A stretch of DNA of 64,000 nucleotides from Malacoraja senta (Eukaryota). Below, piece after piece: positions 53,827 through 64,000 of this stretch. Made by a program: the position numbers and the translations under genes. Position 1 is the stretch's first letter, and each line of letters starts with the position of its first letter. Where the stretch lies: NCBI GenBank assembly GCA_038087875.1, contig CM076000.1, positions 62,001 through 126,000 of the forward strand. Direction: 5' to 3'. The notes below the pieces were generated by a model that saw only the letters and a list, made by a program, of their open reading frames with translations, ran no database searches and was not told where the DNA came from.

Positions 53827-54029
53827 CTACGTTTACCTGGAAAGGTTTATGACTGAACAAATAACGTTGCACAGGGACGATGTGTGGCTTCCCTTGATAT
53901 CTTACAGAAATTCCTTATTGACTGGCGATGATGATACAATGTCTGTTGTCAGCGGAATTAGTAGCAGAGGATCCTCTGTGAGAAGCAAGAAAACAAAACC
54001 AGCAACAGGAAAACGAAAATTACCTGAAG
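53827..54029 (+). CDS. STAG2: STAG2 exon
   Basis: [67 protein letters not shown]; gttag donor. Confidence 0.92.
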
Positions 54030-55567
54030 GTTAGTCTAAGCAATGCTCTGTTCTTTAATTAAGCCAGGGTTATCAATTGATCTGTTTCATCACATGCAAT
54101 TAACCTAAAAGCAAATGAACATGTTAATTCTGCATTTTAATAATTTTAAGAGACAACTTAAAATGAAAATGATGCCTAAATGTTTCTACACGATGTATGT
54201 GAGCAGATGTTGAGTACTCCACAAGCCAGCCATCCTGCTCCTCTATTGTGCCTTCATGGTATTTTTCTGAAGTCAAATGGGTGCAATACTTCAAAGTTTC
54301 CCTTCCATTTGTTGAGCAGGCTTCTCCACATTCATGTCAATTGTGTCATTAGGTTGTCCTTAGTTAATACCAACACCCTCTCTGAAAAACCTGAGACTGA
54401 GGTTGAGCCTGAGAAGTCTGTGCCCAGATTTGGGAAGGTTATTGTGATATGATTACAAATGAACATTGGCCTGAACATTGGCATGCGGAGATCAAATAAC
54501 ACTTCCATGAAAATAATCCTCAATGTGCCATTTGTATTTATTTTGGCTCACTTTGAAATGTTGCTTCAAGGCTTATTTGCATGCAGTCATTTTATATACT
54601 GCGTGACTTGAAAAACGTGTGAATTCTCTTGGTGGAAGGGATGTGGTGGATCCGCAGTGAAATGCTGCGGAGAAAGAAAGTGGGAGAGAAGTACTTGAAG
54701 AGCTGTTGATGAAAGTCCAAGCTCTCCCTGAGCTGGATTGTAGATCAGACATACAGATTGAGTGAAAGCTGCAGTTCATTTTGATTTGCTTTGCTCCCTC
54801 CAACCATTGGTTCCAGGCCAGCATTGGATCTGGTAAATTTCTCCAGTACATGGATCTGGTAAAATTTCCTTCTTCCCTTCAGTCTGTGGTTATGCCTGGA
54901 TTTGGATCGAATGTGTTGACTCCCATTTTTTTTTTGAAGTCCTGAAGTTGACCGAAGTTCATCTTTGTCACTAATATCTGGAACAGACTCAAAGCAAGTG
55001 GCAGTTAAACCTAATATCACCCATCAAGCTCAGTGTTTTTTTGAACTATAAAAAAAAAACTTGACTCCATGTACAACCTTTGTAACCTGTACCAATAATA
55101 ACATTTATCTTTACTTTCAGCTACGGGCGAATACACTATACTTTCCTTAGCAGCAGTATTATTTTTGTCTGTGACTTGTTTTGTAGATCTGTCTTCATAG
55201 GACTATCTTGTTCTACTTCTTTCCCATCATCATAAGATGACGTATCATGTTTCCCACATGGCTTCAGTCACCTCCTTTGAATGTTTTCTACTATTTGGTA
55301 TCTACTTTCCTTTAATTGTCTTGGCTGCTAATAATGCTACCTAATTTCTGTTTTTCTCTTTTGTATGAATACTTTTAAGAGGCACTAGGAGTTGGCTTCC
55401 TTTTCAAAAAACTTAATTTGGAAATTTTATCTGAAAACTGGAGTCGATGTTTGCTTAGACGACATTATTGAATTTGTTAAGAATCTTTTCTAAAAAAAAA
55501 GATTTACGTAACAAAGGAGAAAACCCAATAAGGTGGTTTCATCTAGAGCAAACGTTTATGCAAGGCA

Positions 55568-55728
55568 GACAAAAATGCTGGAGAAATTCAGCGGGTGAGG
55601 CAGTCTGAAGAAGGGTCTCAACCCGAAACGTTGCCTATTTCCTTCGCTCCATAGTTGCTGCCTCACCCGCTGAGTTTCTCCAGCATTTTTGCCTACCTTC
55701 GATTTTCCAGCATCTGCAGTTCCTTCTT
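55568..55728 (+). mobile_element. mini PLE derivative with a hammerhead core (55605-55632)
   Basis: 18-bp direct repeat aaacgtttatgcaaggca at 55550 and 55729; CTGAAGAAGGGTCTCAACCCGAAACGTT. Confidence 0.85.
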
Positions 55729-57102
55729 AAACGTTTATGCAAGGCAAATAAAACTCACACAGGTCAGGATGACTCTGCCATGGACTTGTATTTCTAATTG
55801 CAGCATTTGAAGTGTAAAGTGCTTTGCAAAGCAAGTTTACCTTAAAAGAGCTAACATGATTGATGCATCGCAAAACTGATTTTGCACAAGGAGGGGATTA
55901 AATGGTATCAAATGGAACAACATTTTTTTGCTTTTGACTTTTAATTGAAAAATGCATTTGTTAAATTCATAATATGGTGGTGCATTAATATTGTGAAACC
56001 AATACATACAACTGTGAATTATTGTTATTTGCCTACGTTGTACTTCATTAGACCCAGGAACAGCTTCTCCTCTGTTAGAAGGTTACTGAACAGTCCTGAA
56101 TAGTTAGGTTTTCTTCCAACCTGCCTTCAATGTGGACGCTGACCGCTTTCTCTGTAATGCCACAAGGCTGTAAAACTATATTCTGCATTCTGGTAGTTTA
56201 CTCTTTACACTATCTGTTGTACTTGTGTGTGGCTTGTTGTACTCGTAGTACGATTGAATTTATTTGGATAGCACGCAAACAAAAGCTTTTCATTGTGCCT
56301 CTGTACATGTAACAATAATAAACTAATTCCATCTTCACCTCATGGTGCTAAGTTCTGCAGGGACGTGCTCTCCTGCTTCTCGAGCATTTTAACAACGTTA
56401 GGTATCCAGTATCTCAAAACGGCTATCTCCAACGTAACTAGCAAACTACACTGTTAAAGGATAAAAAGATTATGATGCTACTTGTGGACAGCCCAATATA
56501 GGGAACATTCTTATTTACACTGTGTATTGGAGGAGTAAAATAAGATTTGCTTTAAAATATATATTTTTTTATAATCATAGATAGCAACTTTCATTACTCA
56601 TTTCATCTACTTTCTGTTCAAATCTTTTCACTGAGTCTCTGACTTTTCCATCCAAATGGTTATGCAATCAATCATAATCTATTTGCACTGGGGGTGTACG
56701 TTAACTAGTCTTATTGTAATGCTGTACATTTTGGTGAGATATTTGTTTAACCTGGAAATGACTCCACGCTGCCTAATGGTGATTTGAATATTCACAAATG
56801 TGATTCAGGACCTCATGATCATATTAATACAAATCTTTTGATACTGGCAGGATTTTTTAGAACAGCATGGCCTTTGTTTTCTCAAGGGAAATTAGGAGTC
56901 CAGTCTTGTGCAGCTTGTATCTACTGCTTTTACATTTATATCAGCAGATAATCTGCTTAATACGCATCATTTGGAAAGGAGTCTGTGTGAATGGGTCCTG
57001 AAAGAATGGGGGGATGTCTTTTCCATTACCGTTGGTTTAGTAGAGACAAAGCTTTGTGATTATATTGTTTATGTAACAAGAAATCTTTGAAAAATTCCAC
57101 AG

Positions 57103-57283
57103 CAGAAGAAAGCAATGATGGATCATGGATCAGCAGAGAACATAGTTTGCCATCACCACTTATGTCACCGAACCCGCACTTGACCTCCACTGTTATGAGA
57201 GAGCCAAAGAGGCTGCGGCCTGAAGAGGAAAGTTACATGGGGGTATACCAAATGCCACAACACCAACCTGCTGTGGATTACAA
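57103..57283 (+). CDS. STAG2: STAG2 exon (tandem NAGNAG acceptor)
   Basis: AEESNDGSWISREHSLPSPLMSPNPHLTSTVMREPKRLRPEEESYMGVYQMPQHQPAVDYN; gtatg donor. Confidence 0.9.
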
Positions 57284-59044
57284 GTATGTTGACAGTTCAT
57301 TTTATTATGTACAATACTTTTAACCCTCTCATCGCTTATTTACTATTAATTTCATATTGAAATCCTCTGGTCATGCAAGGATTTTTTAATGACTTTTAAA
57401 TCTCTGCAAGATTATTTCCAGAGGTGCAAAAGGCCAAATGGCATGCTCCTAGTTCGAATATTCTTATAAACCATACTTTCTTTAAAAGTGCTCAGTTATT
57501 TTGGTCAAACTGTGAAAAGAGGGTTTTGGCGACGAATTATAATGCTACTAAAATGCTGCACAGTCTCTGAGCTATTGCAGGCATTTCAATACCATCAAAG
57601 GCTGAATGATCTCCTAAAGAACCATTCTCAGTAGAAATTCAATTTATTTATAAGTGTTTCATCCTGTGGGGGATAAACTGGCATTTCAGGTGAAACCCAA
57701 ACTTGACGTGGTATCTAAGGAAACTCCACACTCTTCCAATTCAATCCCTATCTGCAACATTCTGAAAGCAATGCTCAACTGTAACCATTTCAAAAGAATT
57801 TGCTATGTGCTTTAACAGCTCACTAGAATTTTTTTTTTAAACATGAATCAGGGCTTCAAAGGTTAAGCCAATTGCTCTTGAAGGTGGTGGTGAGCTTCCC
57901 CCTTGAACTGCTGCAGTCTTTGAGGTATGGGTAAACCCGCAATGATGTTGGTGTGAAAGTTTCAAGGTTTGGACCTAGGAACGGCAATGTATTTCCAAGT
58001 CAAGATGGTGTGTGGCTTGTTGGGCAACTTCTTGGTGGTGGTGTTCCCATGCTTTTGCTGTCCATGTCCATCTATCTTGTACAGGTCATGGGTTTGGAAG
58101 GTGCTGTTCAAGTAGTCTTGTTGAAAAGCTGCAGTGAATACTGCCACTTGTGCAATCATTTGCATCTGTGCGTCGGTGGTAATATGAGTGAATGATTGTA
58201 GACGGCGTGCCTATCAATTACATTGCCATGTCCTGTAAGGTGTCAAGTTCTTGAGTGTTGAAGCCTGCGTCCAGGCAAGTGAAGAGTATTCCATCTCGCA
58301 CCTATCTTGAGTCTTGTTGATTATGCATAGGCTTTAGAGAATCAATAGGTGAGCAGCTCACCACAGCATTCATAGCCTCTGACCTGCTCTTGTAGCCACA
58401 GTGTGTATATGCTACTCCAGGTCAGTTTCTAACCTGCAGGATATCAGCCATAGAGTCATGCAGCATGGAATAGGCCCTTTGGCACGATTCGCATGCCTCA
58501 CCAAGGCATTCCATTTGAGCTTGTCCTTTTTCCGGGGCTTGGCCCATATCCGCCTAAACCTTTCCTATCACCGGTCAGGCCATTTTTTAAATGTTATTGT
58601 ACCTATCTCAACCTATATTCATATATCCACCACCCTCTGTGGAAAAGGCTGCTGCTCAAGTTTCAATGAATTCTTTCATCTGTGGAGGCCCGTCAATGGA
58701 TATTTTTAAGACAAGAATAGATGGGTTCTTGATTAGTCGGGTCGTGGGGAGAAGGCAGGATAATGGGGTTAGGAGAGAGAGATAGATCAGCCATGATTGA
58801 ATGGGTAGAGGAGACAATAGGCCGAATGGCATAATTCTGCTCCTTTCACTTATGACATGACCTTTCCCCTCCCACCTTACACCGATAGGTTCCAAAAGAA
58901 AATTGAACATAAATGTTGCTTAAGATGTAATGTTCAGAACAGGATTGTTGGTGTAGAAAAAAATTGCAGTTAAGTAATGGAGATATGAAACAATTTGACA
59001 ATTGAACATCCGTTTGATATCTCTTTATTTTGGCTCTTCTACAG

Positions 59045-59151
59045 TAGTCAGATGTCCTGGTTGATTGCCCAAAGGCAACAAGAGGAAGCAAGCAACAAGA
59101 GCGAGCTGCAATGAATTATGTTAAATTAAGATCTAACCTGCAACATGCTAT
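59045..59151 (+). CDS. STAG2: STAG2 cassette exon (homolog of mammalian alternative exon 32); frameshifted as written
   Basis: SQMSWLIAQRQQEEA / QQERAAMNYVKLRSNLQHAI read in two different frames; 107 nt; cag/gtgag bounded. Confidence 0.85.
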
Positions 59152-59959
59152 GTGAGTTTTTAGACAATGTTTGAATAACATTTTAAATGATAATTCTTTG
59201 AGTAAAAATCAGTAATGACTGTCCCATTTATGATGTTGCTATTTTCTCAATAATATGTACATTTAATTATTCTTTCTGATCACATTTTATATGTTTTATT
59301 TCTTGCAATATTTAACATTTTCCTTTTGATTAGTTTTTGTTATTTAGTATTTAGTTTTCAGATTTCACTACATCTGGATGTATACACCCCACAATTGATT
59401 AAACAGTCATCATTAATTCTGGCTACTTTCCTCTGCCAAAAGCCTATCTCCAAGTTTAGGCTGGAATGCTAAGATAACCTTTTTTATTTTAACACCTGAT
59501 ACCAATTATTGAATGAAAGCCTTCCAAGTGGCAGGTGCTTCTGTTTTTTTTAATGTTGCATTCCTCTCTTTAATATTTCCCATCCAAGCAAACCCTTGCC
59601 TAAATCCAATATTTTCTTCTCAATGCCGTTCCAATCCCATGCCCTCTTGAATCTTCTCTCTTTTTTAATGAGACTCCATCTAATACTTGTTAATAAACTA
59701 ATAACTCAACCTCCTCATCCTACATTGAATGAGATAGTGGTGCAGTTACTTGTGCTGTTGCCTGAGCTTTAGGGTCTGTAGTGTTAGGGATGATGCCGGG
59801 TCCTAAAATGCCTACATCGACACACTTGCAGTAGGGTCAATCAACTGAGGTGATATTGTTAGTTATCATGAAGGATTGAATGCACGGGAACACCTTTAAG
59901 AATAGATCAGGACTGAAACGATGGTCCTTCACACAACACAACTAATTTATTACAGGTGA

Positions 59960-60105
59960 TAGGACAATAGACAATAGGTGCAGGAGTAGGCCATTCGGCC
60001 CTTCGAGCAGCACAGCCATTCAATGTGATCATGGCTGATCATCCCCAATCAGTACCCCCGTTCCTGCCTTCTCCCCATATCCCCTGACTCTGCTATTTTT
60101 AAGAC
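59960..60105 (-). mobile_element. CR1 3'-end fragment (similar pieces at about 10780-10850, 26513-26620 and 61205-61545)
   Basis: taggtgcaggagtaggccattcggcccttcgag, shared with the 3' UTR of the long CR1 copies. Confidence 0.8.
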
Positions 60106-60272
60106 CCCATAGGAATAGTATTTTTAAGACCCCATAGGAATAGTACTCCCTCAATATTTCTAAGTATATATACTTTTTTTCCCCCAAGGATTATTCTTGT
60201 ACATACGGCAGGACAATTGGAAATGCTGAGATTAGCCGACAGTTAGAGAATTTACCATTTTTATTTTCCTAG

Positions 60273-60399
60273 TCGTCGTGGCACAGGGTTGATGGAAGAC
60301 GATGAAGAGCCAATAGTGGAAGATGTGATGATGTCATCGGAGGTCGTATTGAAGATCTCAATGAAGGCATGGGATTTTGACACCATCGACATTGATCTG
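60273..60399 (+). CDS. STAG2: STAG2 exon with compensating -1/+1 indels
   Basis: [23 protein letters not shown]..(RIEDLNEGM in a shifted frame)..DFDTIDIDL. Confidence 0.88.
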
Positions 60400-60403
60400 G
60401 TAA

Positions 60404-60583
<180 letters not shown>

Positions 60584-63361
60584 TAATACTTTGTTTGAAA
60601 ATTCTTGTCAACTTCGCTCTTAACAAAAAAAAGTGCACAAATTTAAACTAGATTGGATTAAATTTATGAAACACTTTTCAATGGAACTGTTTTTATGTTG
60701 CAGGCCGTTCCTGTGAATAGCATGTTTTTTAAAATTATTTTTCAAAATATCAGGGTAAAGATACCATAATTTTAGAGCTGTCTATGATTTATAGTCACAG
60801 TGCCTTTGGGCATCAAATTGTTGGATCTCTTAATTTTTGATCTTGGCAACTCATTAGGTGGAGACACCTGGCATGGGTGTGCTGTGTGGGTGCTCGGGAT
60901 GATAACGGTAGTAAAAAGGAAAATAAATAATTTGAGAAAAACTGCACCAGTGACAAACTGACAGGTGTGAATTTTATCAGTGCCAACAGCTTAATCATAG
61001 TTGTTCTGGTCATAGTAATATAAATGTTCCTTCAATATTCGAAAAGTAATTTTTGGTTAACAATGGTTTACCAGTGATTGAAATACTTTTCTATAATTGA
61101 AACTTGCTGCTGACAGTGGAGAGGAGGTTGTAAGGCCATATAGTATTTTATTGCTGCAGTGTTTCTGGGGTCAGCTTTAATTGCCCTATTATATTAGCAG
61201 TGATAGAGCAGTAGGCCATTTGGCCCATTAAGTCTACTCCGCCATTCAATAATGATTGATCTATCTCTCCCTCCTAACCCCATTCTCCTGCCTTCTCCCC
61301 ATAACCCTTGACACCCGTACTAACCAAGAAGTTATCTCTCTCTGCCGTAAAAGTATCCATTGACTTGGCCTCCACAGCCTTCTGTGGCAAAGAATTTCAC
61401 AAATTAACCATCCTCTGACTAAAGAAATTCTGCTCATCTCCTTCAAAGGAACGTCCTTAATTCTGAGGTTATGACCTCCAGTCCTAGACTCCTCCCACTA
61501 GTGGAAACATCCTCTCCACATCCACTCGATCCAAGCCTTTCACTAGGTACTAGATGATTATTTACAAATCAACTTCACAGTCTATGATCAAGTTAATCCA
61601 TTGTCCAGACATTGTTGGACTATGTTTCTGATAGCTGAGGAAATGCACCTATAAAATATTTGACTATTTGTCAATATTTTCATGGAACAGTATTTTATTG
61701 CTGCAGTGTTTCTGGGGTCAGCTTAATTGCCCTATTATATTAGCACTTTTGTTTTTGGAGTTCCACAATTTACAGTTTTTAAGTTAATAAACATTTGTTA
61801 CTTTCCAAGAGAACCCGGTGCTTTTGGCATTTAAAAAAAATATTGCATAATTTCTTGATAGAAGTATTCATAGTGAGGAACTATATTACTTAAAGTATTT
61901 TGAAGATATTTAGCTGTTAGGTTAGATTTGTTAATGATTTGGCTTTTCATTGGTTTTTAATTAATTATACAAAATGTTCAGTACATTTCACTGAACCTAC
62001 TATGGTTATCTGAATGTCGTATAGTAAAAATTGTAAATGGATGAAAGAATTAACGTGTTAAACCACAAAACTATGGTACAGTTTGACTGGTTAAAGTTCA
62101 CTTTCAAGGAAAAAACTGCACGTGTGTGTGAACATAAATAAAAACAGAAAATGTTAGAGATACTCAGCAAGTCAGGCCGCATTTGTGGAGAAAAGAGCAG
62201 AGTATACCTGTGTGTCCGTGTAGAGGCCACAATTGTTCAGAAGACAATTGCCTTTGATGCAATCTAAAATGAAAACTAGTGTTTGTCTGATCATAGCTGA
62301 TCTGTGTGAGGAGTGTAAGCAGAGGAGGAACAGGGAGCAAGAGACTTATTCAAACACAGCTGTAACTGAAGATCTGAACTTAAAAAATATAACACTGGAA
62401 ATACTTGGGCAGCATCTCTGAATGACCTTGCAGCAGAACCTGTGCCAACTTGGCACAGATAGAAAACTGGTTATCTAGAAGCATTGAATTAATTATTGAG
62501 TCCTTAGGGCTGCAATAGGGCATGCCTCAAGAGATGATGTAGTGTTGTTTTTTTTAAGTTTGTGTCTGGCTTTGCTAGAATAAAGACACAGAATGGGAAG
62601 TTGAATTAAAGTAACAGTCTACAGGAAGCGTGAATTCACTTTTACTGTATGAAGATGTTTACCTGGAAGCCGCAATTAATTTTCAATTTAGTGCGTTGTT
62701 CAACGGAAAATTCAAATATGGATTATGGTACCATTTTGCAAAACATTTCCATTCAGTTTGAAGCAATCTAAAATGACCATGAGATTTCACTCTAATTTGT
62801 CGTAATGAAGGCCAATGTAGGGTGAAGACCAGTGCCTTATCTTCTCTCCAGGAATGTGGTAACTTTCATGACCTAAACAGATTTCCTGCTTGTTAGACCT
62901 GGCCAATTCTGATCTCATTTCTTCCATGTGTAACATAGCTCCCCCCCCCCCCCCCCCCCCCCCCAACAAATGAAATTTGATCATCTGTATTCCAGCAATC
63001 CCTTATTTCGAATCTTCAACACTGCAGTATTCTGTGTCTTTTTGTTCCAGTTTGATCTTTTCCTTTTACTGTCTTTCATTTCCATCTGTTTACAGTCCTC
63101 CAAACAGATTAGGTTTTATTAACAACTCTGACACGTAAATTAATTGTCATCTAGGTCAATTTTTTTCCCCTTTGTTCTTCATCTTAGAAATGTCACTTCT
63201 TAGTTCTGATGAAGGTTTATTGCTGTGAAACGTGAACTCTTTCTTGCCACCAAGGCTACTTAACCTTTTGAGTATCCCTTATGTTTTCTAGTTTGTCATT
63301 ATTATTTGTTGTTAATTTATAAAATGAATTCTAACAAAAAGCTATTGTTTTTTCTTTTTAG

Positions 63362-63394
63362 GTCCTCGGAAGTTTCAATGTTCTGAGGAAATGA
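63362..63394 (+). CDS. STAG2: STAG2 terminal coding exon
   Basis: ttttag|GTC CTC GGA (a) GTT TCA ATG TTC TGA gives VLGVSMF* (stop at 63386) if one A is removed. Read literally it gives VLGSFNVLRK* (stop at 63394). Confidence 0.85.
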   Translation, partial: VLGSFNVLRK

Positions 63395-63728
63395 ATGAAT
63401 TGTTTATGAATGAAATGAGAGGTAGTTTTAAGAAATATTTTGGTTATTGCAGTTAAACTATTAAAACTGTACAGATTTTCTCCTTTCAGGAGAATGCTTA
63501 TTGGAGTTGTTCACTGTTCACCTAGATTAAGTGCTTTGAAGAGGCAGTTTGTTGCCTGATAAATTGATATTTTAAGAGACTGTAAAATTATGGAAGCAAG
63601 TTAAATTCCTTCCAGTAGTGCCACTGTATTGTGGTCTCTGATTAAATGAGCTTGGTGTAGTATGTTTGAAAGTTTCTCTAAACAATTATTTGACTTGATA
63701 AAGTTTTGGAATAGGGAACTAAATTTTA

Positions 63729-63740
63729 AATAAAAATAAA
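63729..63740 (+). promoter_or_regulatory. candidate polyadenylation signals in the STAG2 3' UTR
   Basis: Tandem AATAAA AATAAA about 340 nt after the stop, with another at 63838. The context is AT-rich, so these may be chance matches. Confidence 0.4.
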
Positions 63741-64000
63741 AATATATATATGATTGGTGCTGATTTTATAATTGCGAATCTTGTTCAGTTTTTCATACTT
63801 TGAAATTCCAAACAAAAGGACGAGGTTTAAAAATTATAATAAAAATTAACAGCGTCTAAAATAGCATGGATATTCATGCTTAAGTAATTTTTAAATTTGT
63901 ATTTTATATTTTATTCACATCTGTCTTTGCAAGCAATCTTCAGGTTAAATGAACTACAGCTGGTCATAGTACATTTTGTTTTAATAATGTAAATTAGTTT

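Overview
Vertebrate genomic DNA, AT-rich with GT-AG introns. The repeat content (CR1 LINEs with octamer tails, V-SINE, Penelope elements) suggests a cartilaginous fish such as a skate or ray; this is an inference. The whole window lies inside one + strand gene, the cohesin subunit STAG2 (SA-2). I traced 30 coding exons from 392 to about 63390; the N-terminal exons lie upstream of the window. Phases chain in frame to 57283. Three of the last four exons carry short indels relative to the known STAG2 C-terminus, probably assembly errors. The introns hold CR1 LINEs (one with a 630-aa open RT frame), a full-length Tc1 element, four PIF/Harbinger-like non-autonomous elements, a hAT-like element and several foldback elements. 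Penelope-like retroelements are also present, and their pLTRs carry minimal hammerhead-ribozyme cores, several in the sense of the STAG2 pre-mRNA. The most novel-looking object is a 1.7-kb TIR-bounded element (20535-22230) with no recognisable transposase. It appears to carry a spliced antisense mini-gene for a ~110-aa protein resembling a Spindlin/Tudor-like fold. All coordinates were read by eye and no database searches were run.
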